Assembly: GCA_047602425.1 (NCBI GenBank)
Contig: JASGHG010000001.1
Span: 160,001 to 224,000, forward strand
From: Nibricoccus sp.
Lineage (GTDB): Bacteria > Verrucomicrobiota > Verrucomicrobiia > Opitutales > Opitutaceae
Direction: 5' to 3'
Length of the DNA stretch: 64,000 nt
The notes under the pieces are model-generated. The model was not told where the DNA came from. It worked only from the letters and a program-made list of their open reading frames with translations, and did not search any database. Each line of letters starts with the position of its first letter. Positions within the stretch are counted from its first letter, which is position 1. Shown here one piece after another: positions 11,803 to 21,508 of this stretch. The translations under genes and the position numbers were made by a program.

Positions 11803-12039
11803 CTACGCCTGCAGCCAATTGCACACCACGATATTTTCCTTCGCGGTTTTCCACATGATCACCAATGCCACGAAAGTCGCGGCCACCAGGAAAACCGTAT
11901 TTCCTCAAACATCGACGCTCTCCCGGAAAGCTCTTATCGAGGAGGACGACATTTCACGTTGACGATGCTCAGCCCCGATTTATAGACGGTCTGGTCCGCA
12001 GGTATCGCGTATTTGTTTCGTTAAACGAAAGGAATCATT

Positions 12040-12435
12040 ATGGAAGGGAACCTTTATTCCACCGGAGGCGCAGTTAATTTGAGCAACGGAGAAAATGTTA
12101 AGGATTTCCAGATCTCAGATTTACCACGCGACAAGATATTCTCGATAGAATTTGTCGGTATCAATGGTTTTGCCCAGCAAGATCAAATTCTCTTCGTATC
12201 CCTCGAAGTGACCAACGGAGATCGAGCGGGCACTTACCCGATCGTCCTGACGGGATCCTCTCCTTTTGGGGACCCGGCCTATCCCAAAAGAGTATTTGGA
12301 TCACAACAAGTCGCTCTTCGTGCCACGCCCAATACGAGTATAACCGTTTCCGTAGCCCGCAATAATACACACAACGAAGCTAGGATACTCTTCGAACTTG
12401 CTGGACGGGTATTCCCTCCTGCGCCGAGTACTTGA
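12040..12435 (+). CDS. hypothetical protein (beta-rich, 131 aa)
   Basis: Strong SD (GAAAGGA) just upstream of the ATG; lower GC; no recognised motif. Confidence 0.7.
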   Translation: MEGNLYSTGGAVNLSNGENVKDFQISDLPRDKIFSIEFVGINGFAQQDQILFVSLEVTNGDRAGTYPIVLTGSSPFGDPAYPKRVFGSQQVALRATPNTSITVSVARNNTHNEARILFELAGRVFPPAPST

Positions 12436-12453
12436 ACGCAGAGACGACTCCGG

Positions 12454-12711
12454 CCGCTACAAGCCAACAGAGCCAAACGAACGCGCCGCCGACCGACTGA
12501 TTTTGGCCTTCGAATCGCAAAAGAGGGACCGGCGATCGCGATCGCTGACAACGCGAGCGTGATCGCTGCCTTAGCGAGAGCTCTCGCGGGTTCGGCGATC
12601 ACGTTCGCCAACGCCGCGAGCGCAATACCAAGGCCGGCGATTGCGGTCGCCAGTGGCGCGACCACGGTCGTGAAGCGGGCGATCAGGATCGCTGCCTCAA
12701 AACCACCAGCC
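12454..12711 (+). repeat. ~260-bp intergenic element with 21-nt periodicity, copy 2
   Basis: Units such as GGCGATCGCGATCGCTGACAA / CGCGAGCGTGATCGCTGCCTT / AGCGAGAGCTCTCGCGGGTTC / GGCGATCACGTTCGCCAACGC; homologous to 9033..9311. Confidence 0.85.
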
Positions 12712-12752
12712 GTACCTGGTTGTCCTCCAATCACTGCGCCACGACCGCGAGT

Positions 12753-12803
12753 CCAGTGTTTGTCGGAACCAATCATCTTCAATACGCGTGTTTGACTGGA
12801 AAG
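12753..12803 (+). repeat. heavily eroded candidate copy C of the glnS 3' end
   Basis: Translates as PVFVGTNHLQYACLTGK vs glnS PVFNRTITLKDAWNPGK; gapless, 29/51 nt by hand count. Confidence 0.5.
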
Positions 12804-12862
12804 ATTTTGCCTCGGCTCAGTGGTTCCATTTTCGACAATTTCCCACATTCTAGACCAGCCAT

Positions 12863-13741
12863 ATGGTCTCTTTACGCAATAAAGCGCTTTTCGCGCTTTC
12901 CCTACTCTCCTTGCTTCCCTTTTTCGCCTCCGCAGACGAACCTCCGGCAAAATCCAAAGTCACGATGACCGTTGTCGCCAATGAAGGCATCCTCGTCGCC
13001 GGCTCCGAGGCACGCCTGCTGGTCGATGGACTCTTCGGCAAAAGCTACACCATTTTCCAAGCACCCGACGCCGATACGATCGCCAAACTCACTGCCGCCG
13101 CCGCGCCCTTTGACCGCTTGACCGCTGCGCTCGTGACTCACAAGGATACCGATCACGTCAACGCCGCCTATGTCAGCGCACATCTGGGCAGGGATACCGG
13201 TTGCGCATTCGTCGCACCAGCGGAGGTGGTGGAGTTGGTTCGCTCGCAACCCGACTCCTCAAAATTCGAGCAACGGATTCACGCTATCCCTCTGGTCGAG
13301 TCGGAAACCGAAACCATCATCAACAAGGTAAAAATCCGCGCGATCCCGCTGCGCCACATGCCTCGTCCACCCAACCTGCCCGAAATGCCTTTTAACGTCG
13401 GCTACCTTTTCACGGTCGACGGCATTACGTTTTTCCATACCGGCGACATGAGCGCCGAAAATCTTGCGGCGTTGCAGAGTGCCAAGCTGCACGGGGCGGA
13501 GATCGATGTCCTTTTAATCAGTTGGTACGCTTTCAAGCCCGAGGAAGGCCGGCTCGCGCAAGCGATGATCCAGTACCTCCACCCCAAGGTCGTGCTGCTC
13601 GCGCACCTCACCACCAAGAATGCGCCAGCGGAAAAAGCATTGGTGGAAAAAGTCGGCGGCCTTCCGCCTGTCATCCCTCTCGATACGGCGATGCGTACCT
13701 ACACGATCGAAAAACTTGGCACCACCGTCCGAGTGGAATGA
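12863..13741 (+). CDS. secreted MBL-fold metallo-hydrolase
   Basis: Signal peptide; NEGILV, THKDTDH (variant HxHxDH), GYLFTVDGITFFHTGD and a final LLAH. Confidence 0.85.
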   Translation: MVSLRNKALFALSLLSLLPFFASADEPPAKSKVTMTVVANEGILVAGSEARLLVDGLFGKSYTIFQAPDADTIAKLTAAAAPFDRLTAALVTHKDTDHVNAAYVSAHLGRDTGCAFVAPAEVVELVRSQPDSSKFEQRIHAIPLVESETETIINKVKIRAIPLRHMPRPPNLPEMPFNVGYLFTVDGITFFHTGDMSAENLAALQSAKLHGAEIDVLLISWYAFKPEEGRLAQAMIQYLHPKVVLLAHLTTKNAPAEKALVEKVGGLPPVIPLDTAMRTYTIEKLGTTVRVE

Positions 13742-13903
13742 GCGGCGGAAGGCTGGGCATCGTTTCGCGAAACAGCTCCTCCATTTGTTCGCGCTCCTAA
13801 ATCCACTCTCTATCTCCAAGATGGATTGACCATCTGACCGGGGTTTGTCTTGCTGCGAACAGCGCAAACAGGAAATACACGACCTAGTACTGAGTCCAAA
13901 TTT

Positions 13904-14110
13904 ATGAAATCGATATCGCGGTTGCTTCTCGTGGGACTGCTTCTTGCATGCTTCAGCGGTTGCATCCTGCCTGCGAGCCGTTCGGGACAAGACCCCGTCA
14001 TGGGCACGATTCTTGGCGCCCAAGGCCTGGCCAATGCCGGCAAGGCGAAAGAGCAAAAGAAACAAAAAGAGCAGCAGCAGTCGGTCAAAGACTACCTCGA
14101 TAAAAAGTAG
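13904..14110 (+). CDS. small lipoprotein
   Basis: MKSISRLLLVGLLLACFSGC lipobox; K/Q-rich tail. Confidence 0.7.
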   Translation: MKSISRLLLVGLLLACFSGCILPASRSGQDPVMGTILGAQGLANAGKAKEQKKQKEQQQSVKDYLDKK

Positions 14111-14456
14111 TCAGCTCGTTTTCCAGAGAATCGAGCCGTCGTTTGGACCGGATTCTTTTCGCTCGAAACGATGAAAGTCGGTACAGGCTGAGTTATTGGG
14201 CACCAAACCTGTTTCACCAAAGCCAAATCGAGTTTTTCCCTCCTATCGTTTCGGGCTGATGGTGCGGTTTCGCGAATCCGGCAACGAGACGGCAGAAACA
14301 GCCGGAGACCAACGTCCGCTATCCATGCCCATATTGGTTGGGTCCAAATCCAAGGTGTTTGGATAAAATGTGCACACCGCCCCAACTGGGGTATATCCTT
14401 CTCGAATTGAATTGTCTTTCTTGGCTGGTTCGTCTTTGTCGAGACCGCTTTCCAGC

Positions 14457-15398
14457 ATGAGAACTACCTCTGTATTTAAACGGGCAGGGTTTTACGCGCC
14501 AGTAATACTCGCCCTATCTCTATTCTCTGGGTGCGCTACGGCCCCCCGGATTCCGCTGACGACGGCAGGCAGCCAGATTGCCCCGTCTCAAGTCTTACTT
14601 GGGATAGATACCCAGGAAATCGGGACCAGCATCGACCCGTCCGCTGCAGGCGCGGCGGCCGGCGGATTGATCGGCGCCATCGTGGATCTAAGCATCGAGA
14701 ATTCTCGCGCCAAAAAAGCGGAGCAGGCGATCATTCCCGTACGCAACGCTTTGATCGGTTACGATGCCACTGCGGCTCTTTGTGCCGCAGTGCAAAAGGA
14801 AATAGGCTCAGTCGACTGGTTGAAGAGCGCCCAGATCCAAGTTACCCAAACGGCAGGGCAAAATTCGGCGAAGGTTCTACTCAGCAAGGCACCGGGCGAC
14901 GCCGTGTTCGTCGTCAATGTGGAATACTATCTCACGCCAAAATTCGATGGAATCATTGTCGCCGCGAGAGTTGAGTTGCACGCACGCTCCGCTGCTCTGA
15001 TTAAAAAAGGCGAAAAAAGAGAAGCCGACGGCGCATCCCTCCTCTATTATAACAAGCTTTCGGTCGTCTCCCACCTCGGCACCGCGGCCTCCACGGACAA
15101 GGAGCCAAATGCAAAACTCTGGGCCGAGGAAAACGGAAAAAAGGCCAAGGACGCCTTGGACACCGGACTCAGTGAAGTCGCCAAAATGCTCGTTTTCGAT
15201 CTCACCCAGCCAGGCACCAAAGATCATGCGCTGTACGAACCACCCGCCAATACCAAGCCCGACCGTGTTGTACCAATCTCGTCACGCGGTGGCTCCAGTC
15301 TCGCGATGATCATGGTAAACGGTTACATCGTTCATACCGACGATATCCGCGTCTGGGTGCGCACGCCCAGCGGCGAACTGGTCTCCACCCTCAAATAA
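14457..15398 (+). CDS. hypothetical lipoprotein with glycine-zipper segment
   Basis: ILALSLFSGC lipobox; GAAAGGLIGAIV. Confidence 0.75.
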   Translation: MRTTSVFKRAGFYAPVILALSLFSGCATAPRIPLTTAGSQIAPSQVLLGIDTQEIGTSIDPSAAGAAAGGLIGAIVDLSIENSRAKKAEQAIIPVRNALIGYDATAALCAAVQKEIGSVDWLKSAQIQVTQTAGQNSAKVLLSKAPGDAVFVVNVEYYLTPKFDGIIVAARVELHARSAALIKKGEKREADGASLLYYNKLSVVSHLGTAASTDKEPNAKLWAEENGKKAKDALDTGLSEVAKMLVFDLTQPGTKDHALYEPPANTKPDRVVPISSRGGSSLAMIMVNGYIVHTDDIRVWVRTPSGELVSTLK

Positions 15399-15407
15399 TC
15401 GTCCGTC

Positions 15408-16010
15408 ATGAAAAGGGCGGGTTTTGGCTGCCTGATTTTAGTGCTGACTCTCGCCGGCTGCACCACCGAGCCTGCGAAGCTGACCCTTGCGACTCCTGTC
15501 GCGACGTCTCCTACCGCGTCAGCGCCGGCAACCATGAAACAAGTGTGTTTGCTTCTAGTCGAGGATCAGCGTACGAACTCAGAGTCGCTCGGGCAAGTCG
15601 CCGGACGCCCTTTTCATGCGAACGATTTGCCAGCTTGGATTGTACAATCGCTCAACAATCTCGCACCCGGCAAATACCTCATCTCTGAAAAAGTTCCCAA
15701 GGATGACGCTCACCTGGCGATTAAAGTCTGTATCCTCAAGGCCTACGTGAGCAACGTACTCGCCTCCAAAACCGCCGTCATCGTCCTCAAGGTGGAATAC
15801 AGTTTGAAAGGCGAAGCCAATCCCACCCCAGTCATTGTTCGCGGCCAATACACCGGACCCAACTGGGCATCCGGGACCGGGGAAGTTCAAACCGCGTTGC
15901 AAGCTGCGCTCAATCAATGCATGCAACAAATCTCCACACAGATTGATGCTAGTTTTCCTAAACCATCGAAAACCGGGATGATTGAAGCAGCCGATCATAG
16001 GGGCACTTAA
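15408..16010 (+). CDS. hypothetical lipoprotein (YajG-like)
   Basis: LTLAGC lipobox and VEDQR motif; 9 bp after the previous gene. Confidence 0.7.
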   Translation: MKRAGFGCLILVLTLAGCTTEPAKLTLATPVATSPTASAPATMKQVCLLLVEDQRTNSESLGQVAGRPFHANDLPAWIVQSLNNLAPGKYLISEKVPKDDAHLAIKVCILKAYVSNVLASKTAVIVLKVEYSLKGEANPTPVIVRGQYTGPNWASGTGEVQTALQAALNQCMQQISTQIDASFPKPSKTGMIEAADHRGT

Positions 16011-16030
16011 AAGGACGGATCGAAACAACC

Positions 16031-16102
16031 TTCCCAACCCGGCAACCTGTCTTGAACCAAACCATCACGCCGAAGGATGTTTGTAATTTGGGTACGAAAT
16101 AG
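16031..16102 (+). repeat. degenerate copy D of the glnS 3' end, including the stop codon
   Basis: TTCCCAACCCGGCAACCTGTCTTGAACCAAACCATCACGCCGAAGGATGTTTGTAATTTGGGTACGAAATAG vs glnS 7858..7930: ~53/73 nt with one gap, ending at the equivalent stop. Many differences are at third codon positions. Confidence 0.88.
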
Positions 16103-16300
16103 TTCCCCGGCAGAATGTCTTTATGTCGCGGTCCAGCGCCAAACAAAATCCGGCACCGAGGCACTTCGCTCTCGTCGTGAGTTTCGTCTGCGCTAGTGAT
16201 CCTATCCACATTTCTATATAAGGTAGATTGTCCCCGCCCAAGGGAAACTCGGCGGCGCTAATCCCTTGATCCCACCAAAAGATCATCCAGGATTTGAGAC

Positions 16301-17257
16301 ATGAGGCCATCCCCACCTTGGTCGCCAGTCTGCGTTGGGCTGATTTTAACAATCACATCTGTTTGTCGAGGCGACGACTATGTCACCGTTTTCACATCGG
16401 CCACACCGGAATATTTGAAGACGCGCGCAGAGAAAGGCCCCGACAAGGTCGAAACTTATATTTTTATGCCCGGCCGCTTTCTCGAAGGCAACGTACGTGA
16501 TCGCAGTGTCGAACAGGCGAAATTCATCGACGTCGCGAAAGGCCTGGTACCCGGATTGAACAAATCGTCCTACGTACCAGCCAAAAGCCTCGCAGAGGCT
16601 GACCTACTCTTGGTCGTCCACTGGGGCGTCACGACAAGCTTTTCGGGAAGCCGAATGTTGGACATGCGTGATCCGCAAGACGTTTACGATTTAAGGCAAA
16701 GCTTTGCCATTGGACGGGCTGAAGAGATTGCCGCTGCATTGGAACAATCCGGTCCCGGAAGTCCCGTTAACCCTGAGCGCGCTCTTTCAACAGGACTCAC
16801 CCGACAATATCAGGATGATCTACAATTCCGGGATTTCGAGATGGAGACAAAAAATAGCCCGCACATGAGCAGTGTCGCCGAACTGTTGGGTTTCTCCAAT
16901 GAACTCGCGAAAGATGCAAGACGCCCCGTTTCATCCGAACTGGCAAGAACCTTGATCGCATCGTTGGAACGAGACCGCTACTTCATCGTGGTCATGGCCT
17001 ATGACTGGCAGCGCTGGCTCAAAGAAAAGAAAATGGTCCGCATGTGGGTCTCACGGCTCAGCATACCGTCTCCCGGTATTAATTTTCCAATCGCCGTTCG
17101 TCGCATGAACCTTGCCGGTGCCGACTCATTCGGGACGTCGAATCCCGAACTTGTTATGGTCGCAACGAGGAAGAAGAAACAAAGCGAAAAGGTCGTCGTC
17201 GGTGATTTGATCTTCGTCGGCTTCGAAAAGGAGCAAAAGAGCGAAAAGGGGAAGTAA
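16301..17257 (+). CDS. hypothetical exported protein
   Basis: Signal-like N-terminus; ADLLLVVHWG and RYFIVVMAYD segments; 318-aa ORF. Confidence 0.7.
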   Translation: MRPSPPWSPVCVGLILTITSVCRGDDYVTVFTSATPEYLKTRAEKGPDKVETYIFMPGRFLEGNVRDRSVEQAKFIDVAKGLVPGLNKSSYVPAKSLAEADLLLVVHWGVTTSFSGSRMLDMRDPQDVYDLRQSFAIGRAEEIAAALEQSGPGSPVNPERALSTGLTRQYQDDLQFRDFEMETKNSPHMSSVAELLGFSNELAKDARRPVSSELARTLIASLERDRYFIVVMAYDWQRWLKEKKMVRMWVSRLSIPSPGINFPIAVRRMNLAGADSFGTSNPELVMVATRKKKQSEKVVVGDLIFVGFEKEQKSEKGK

Positions 17258-17287
17258 ACCAAGCCGAAGACTTCTGATCACTCCCCC

Positions 17288-18034
17288 ATGAGCTCCGATC
17301 ATTTTTCCACACAGTCGGCTGAATATGCGAAGTATCGTCCGACTTATCCGGTGGAGCTGTTCGACTGGCTCGCCAATTGTTGCGCGGAACGAAATCTGGC
17401 ATGGGATTGTGCGTGCGGCAGCGGTCAGGCCACGCTGGGGCTGGCGGCCCGCTTCAAAGCTGTGATTGCGACGGATCTGAGTCGCGCTCAATTGGATCAC
17501 GCGCCAGCAGCCTGCAATATTGAGTGGAAGGTCGCGCATGCCGAAGCGAGCGGCTTGGAAACTGGCTCGGTCGATTTGATTACGGTCGCTCAGGCTTTGC
17601 ATTGGTTCGATTTGGTTCGGTTCTGGCCTGAGGTGAAACGAACATTGAAACCCCGCGGCGTGGTCGCCATTTGGTGTTATGGAGTCCTTGAAGTCGACAA
17701 CCCGCAGCTTCACGCAATCTGCGATCACTTTTATCGCGTAACGGTGGGCGATTTCTGGCCGCCGGAACGGCGCATCGTCGAAGCGGGTTACAAATCGATC
17801 GATTTCCCCTTTCAGGAAATTCCCGCGCCCACTTTTCACCTTCACGTGGACTGGTCGATCGAGCAGCTCCTGGGCTATTTTGCCAGCTGGTCTGCAACTA
17901 CCCGGTACCGCCAAGCCCGCGGCAGCGATCCCCTTCCTGAACTCCGCTCAATGTTGGCGCCTCACTTCGCCGGAGAGACGATTCGAGTCCGCTGGCCGCT
18001 TTCCTTGCGAGTGGGACGACAATCGCCGCAATAA
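17288..18034 (+). CDS. class I SAM-dependent methyltransferase
   Basis: YAKYRPTYP, WDCACGSGQA and VDLITVAQALHWFD. Confidence 0.92.
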   Translation: MSSDHFSTQSAEYAKYRPTYPVELFDWLANCCAERNLAWDCACGSGQATLGLAARFKAVIATDLSRAQLDHAPAACNIEWKVAHAEASGLETGSVDLITVAQALHWFDLVRFWPEVKRTLKPRGVVAIWCYGVLEVDNPQLHAICDHFYRVTVGDFWPPERRIVEAGYKSIDFPFQEIPAPTFHLHVDWSIEQLLGYFASWSATTRYRQARGSDPLPELRSMLAPHFAGETIRVRWPLSLRVGRQSPQ

Positions 18035-18040
18035 CGCCAC

Positions 18041-18538
18041 TCAGTCCAAAGCTAGCACGACCTCGATGTTGCCACGCGTGGCTTGGGAGTAGGGACAGGT
18101 TTGGTGTGCTTGATGCATGAGTTTTTCCGCCTGATGGCGATCGATGCCGGGCAGACTCGCACGCAACTTCACCCCGAGGCGCCAGCCACCCTGCTCGTTT
18201 TCGAGCAGCGCGACGCGACCAATGACGGTTGAGCCCGGAATCATGAGGTGGGCGCGCGTGGCCGCGCCAAGCAATGCTCCGTGAAAGCAGGCCGCATAGG
18301 CTCCGGCAAAAAGCGTTTCCGGTGTGACCGGGTCCTCTCCTTTTTCCCCAAGCTCTACCGTGAGTGCGCCATTCGGGGCTTCGACCATGCCTTGGCGTCC
18401 TCCCTGCGAAAGCATTTCGGAAGTGTGCACGATTTTTGTTCCACTTGGAAGGTTCGGCGTGCCACCAATGGAGGCGCTGGGATCGGTGGCGATACCCGTT
18501 GCAGGGCGATCAATGGAATTCTGCTTTTGTTGTTTCAC
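18041..18538 (-). CDS. ohr: Ohr family organic hydroperoxide resistance protein
   Basis: GGRQG, PETLFAGAYAACF and AHQTCPYSQATRGNIEV (two catalytic Cys). Confidence 0.88.
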   Translation of the reverse strand: MKQQKQNSIDRPATGIATDPSASIGGTPNLPSGTKIVHTSEMLSQGGRQGMVEAPNGALTVELGEKGEDPVTPETLFAGAYAACFHGALLGAATRAHLMIPGSTVIGRVALLENEQGGWRLGVKLRASLPGIDRHQAEKLMHQAHQTCPYSQATRGNIEVVLALD

Positions 18539-18786
18539 GATGCGGAGGTGGTTGATGGTTTTTTATGAAACAGAAACCTGGAGGCGGCCCCAATCGCACG
18601 AATTGTGCAAATTAGTCGGCCGCGTTTTCCACAATGACCCACACCTGCGCCTTCCGCCATCGGATGGCTTTCGCAAGGATTCATGGGAATAAATGCGCTT
18701 CGCCGGACTGCGGTGGAAACCCCTGATCGTGGCCAAATCCCAGGCAATTCGGGCAAATCTCCGTCGTTTAAAAAGCGCAGGAAATC

Positions 18787-18800
18787 TTGATGCGCATCAA
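18787..18800 (+). promoter_or_regulatory. FNR/CRP-family binding site
   Basis: Perfect TTGAT-N4-ATCAA (TTGATGCGCATCAA), centred ~43 bp upstream of the ATG at 18837. Confidence 0.8.
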
Positions 18801-18836
18801 ACTTTTGTCGGTGAGAAGGGGGTTAGCGATAGTGTT

Positions 18837-19433
18837 ATGAAAAACATATTCCGTTACATGGTTCTCAGTCTTGTCCTGGCCTTCGTGGCTTCACCGTCGA
18901 TAGTCCGCGCCCATTGCGACACCTGGGAAGGTCCCGTGGTTTCCGCGGCTCGCGTCGCCCTAGCGCAAGCGGAAGTTACGCCCGTGCTGATGTGGGTAAA
19001 ACCCGCCGACGAAGCTGCCGTACGCGCGGCGTTCGCCAAAACACTCGCCGTACGCAAACAATCGAAAGAAGCGGCAGAGCTTGCCGATACTTGGTTCTTC
19101 GAGACGCTCGTCCGCATCCATCGCTCCGGCGAGGGGGCGCCGTACACTGGCTTGAAATCCGGCGAAAAAAAAGAGCCCGGCGTAACCGCCGCCGATCAGG
19201 CCCTCGACAGTGGAAAAGTAAACGTCGTGCTGGCTGAAACCATTGTTCCATTGCAGAAGGCGCTCGCACTTCGCTTTGAACGCGTCGCCGCCTTGAAGCC
19301 GCATGCCGGCCACAATGTCGAAGCTGGGCGTGAATTCGTGGAGGCCTATGTCGACTACGTGCACTTTGCGGAGCGCCTTGCATCGCTGGCGGCAACGACC
19401 GCATCCAATACCCGGCAAAGTCATCGACATTGA
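18837..19433 (+). CDS. DUF6448-like exported protein
   Basis: Signal peptide followed by HCDTWEGPVV; FFETLVRIHRSGEGAPYTGLK; GREFVEAYVDYVHF. Confidence 0.8.
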   Translation: MKNIFRYMVLSLVLAFVASPSIVRAHCDTWEGPVVSAARVALAQAEVTPVLMWVKPADEAAVRAAFAKTLAVRKQSKEAAELADTWFFETLVRIHRSGEGAPYTGLKSGEKKEPGVTAADQALDSGKVNVVLAETIVPLQKALALRFERVAALKPHAGHNVEAGREFVEAYVDYVHFAERLASLAATTASNTRQSHRH

Positions 19434-19441
19434 AGAACCGC

Positions 19442-19478
19442 GCCCCAACAAATCGCGAGCCGGCGATTTCTTGGGGGC
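19442..19478. terminator. hairpin, probable terminator
   Basis: GCCCCAACAAATCGC-loop-GCGATTTCTTGGGGGC just after the stop at 19433; no clear U-tract. Confidence 0.45.
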
Positions 19479-19683
19479 CGTCGTAGAGCGATAGGCGCTG
19501 CCGCGCTCCGAACGTCCCGCTAGAATCAACGAAAGACCGCGAGTTTGCGCTATTGCCGATCGCCGATCGGGTCGGCCCGCGATGCCGCTCAACTCAGCTT
19601 CCGTTTTCTGACGTCCTCGGCCCGGAGGTCAAAATCGCTCCCCCATTTGACCTCGGCCGGGGGATGAATCCATTGCGCCTCGT

Positions 19684-20463
19684 ATGAATGACGAGATTGG
19701 CACCTCCACTCAAACGCAGGCGTTCATTCCGCCACCGCCCCCAAAAACACTCACCGCTCGTTTGGCCGTCGCTTTTATCGATTGGGTCGAACGTCGCAAT
19801 ATCGCCAATTCCAAGCATGGGAATCCGCCCGTCTACGATCCAAAGAAATTTCCCTGGGTCGCCGAGGTCGAGGACGAATGGGACAAAATCCGGGCCGAAC
19901 TAGCCGTTGTACTCCAACGCCGCGAGGAACTCCCCAACTTCCAGGACATTTCCGTCGACGTGAAATCGATCCAGCGCGACAACAACTGGAAGACCTTCAT
20001 GTTTCTCGGCTACGGAAAAACGTCCGAGGAAAACATGCGGCGCTGCCCGGAAACCACTCGCATTCTCAAAAAAATTCCCGGCCTTAAAACGGCGTTCTTT
20101 TCGATTCTGTCGCCGCGCAAACACATCCCGGCCCACCGCGGGCCTTACAATGGCGTCTTGCGCCTGCACCTCGGGCTGCTCGTTCCCGAACCACGTGAAA
20201 GCTGCCGCATCCGGGTTGCCTCCGATTATCTGGTTTGGGAGGAAGGCAAGGCCGTGGTGTTCGATGACTCGTTTAACCATGAAGTCTGGAACGATACCGA
20301 TGGCGTCCGGGTCGTTCTCTTCGTCGATTTTGAAAGACCGATCCGGTTTCCTTTCAACCTTCTCAACAAGCTGATCCTTTCGCTCGCCGTATTCACGCCC
20401 TACATCCGCGAGGCCGACCAAAACCAGAAAGCCTGGGAACAAAAGTTCTACGCGCGGCGGTGA
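19684..20463 (+). CDS. aspartyl/asparaginyl beta-hydroxylase family dioxygenase (LpxO-like)
   Basis: WKTFMFLGYG, CPETT, AFFSILSPRKHIPAHRGPYNGVLRLHLGL and FDDSFNHEVWNDT. Confidence 0.88.
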   Translation: MNDEIGTSTQTQAFIPPPPPKTLTARLAVAFIDWVERRNIANSKHGNPPVYDPKKFPWVAEVEDEWDKIRAELAVVLQRREELPNFQDISVDVKSIQRDNNWKTFMFLGYGKTSEENMRRCPETTRILKKIPGLKTAFFSILSPRKHIPAHRGPYNGVLRLHLGLLVPEPRESCRIRVASDYLVWEEGKAVVFDDSFNHEVWNDTDGVRVVLFVDFERPIRFPFNLLNKLILSLAVFTPYIREADQNQKAWEQKFYARR

Positions 20464-20515
20464 GCGATTTCCTTCTAACAGCGCCGCCGGCGTCGGGCGG
20501 AACACCGCTTGCAGG

Positions 20516-21280
20516 TTAGCGGTCCCGGCCGGCCGCCCAAAGCAGTCCGTGGCTGATGAGAGAAATGAATGTCGGATCGTCCCAAGTGACATTACCGTGG
20601 CCAAACGTCGTGCCGAAGACGCGTGTGCCGTGATAATCGTTACACCAGACGACCGGCTGAAGCTTGCCGTCTTCCGAACTCTCAGCCACCGCCAAGGCCG
20701 TCGCACCGGGCCATAGTTTCTCAATGACGTAAAGTTCGTCCATGGGCGTCGTCCATTTCACGGGAAAACCTTTTAAGGCCGGATGGTTCGGCGCCTGCGG
20801 GATGACAGTGTGGGAGCCCTGTTTCGTGTGGCGGCGGCTCGTGACTCCGAGAAATTCACGCCAGTCGTCGACCTTCGCGGCGCGGTAGGTGTGCATGGCA
20901 CAGTGGATCACCACCGCAGGTTTGCCGGTTCTATGAGCCTGTGTGATCTTCCTGATGTAATCCGGATCGTCGGTGTCGGCGAAACATTCGTTGTGCACCA
21001 CGACGTCGTAGGGTTTGGCCCATTCCGGATTGTCGTAGAGGGAAATCTTCGCCGCAGTCGTCGCGCCGCCTTCATTTACGACTGTCCACACCACGTTGCC
21101 GTAACGTTTCATGCCTTCCATGAAAGCGTGGGACTGGTAGGCGTAATCATGACAACAACCACCCGTTATCAGCAGCGCACGGATCGGCGGTTCCGTTGTT
21201 GCCTCCCCTCTGGCTGAAAAAGCAATCGCCGTTACGAAAATGCTGAAAATGACGCGCGCAAATCTCGGAAGCAGATTCAT
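20516..21280 (-). CDS. ThuA domain-containing protein
   Basis: RALLITGGCCHDY, VVIHCAMHTYR, DELY and RVFGTTFGH. Confidence 0.85.
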   Translation of the reverse strand: MNLLPRFARVIFSIFVTAIAFSARGEATTEPPIRALLITGGCCHDYAYQSHAFMEGMKRYGNVVWTVVNEGGATTAAKISLYDNPEWAKPYDVVVHNECFADTDDPDYIRKITQAHRTGKPAVVIHCAMHTYRAAKVDDWREFLGVTSRRHTKQGSHTVIPQAPNHPALKGFPVKWTTPMDELYVIEKLWPGATALAVAESSEDGKLQPVVWCNDYHGTRVFGTTFGHGNVTWDDPTFISLISHGLLWAAGRDR

Positions 21281-21471
21281 AGTCTGCACTGATTACGCGG
21301 CGCTGACTACAGGTCAAGTTGCACAACTGTTTAGAAGTCTAGGCGGGATGCGGCGCTAGTGAATAACTGCGCCACGCCAACTGAATAAGGTACTCACCCC
21401 AATTCGCACAACGACAGCCAATGTTTGGACCAGGCAGGCTGTCACATGCAACTGGTTAACCACTTTTTATC

Positions 21472-21498
21472 TACAGTTTAACTTCGGTATGCCGTTAA
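21472..21498 (+). promoter_or_regulatory. sigma28 (FliA) promoter of the chemoreceptor
   Basis: TACAGTTT-N11-GCCGTTAA vs consensus TAAAGTTT-N11-GCCGATAA, ending 10 bp before the ATG. Confidence 0.75.
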
Positions 21499-21508
21499 TC
21501 CGGACAAC

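Noticed and set aside
11886..11903. Further weak glnS-like fragments (PGKPYF here; also near 8955, 14205 and 16165, and KDSWE* near 18675)
   Set aside because: Each is under ~20 nt or gapped; not counted without an alignment statistic.
12279..12950. 223-aa minus-strand ORF across the 21-nt element
   Set aside because: Overlaps two better genes, and the frame is broken in the other copy of the element.
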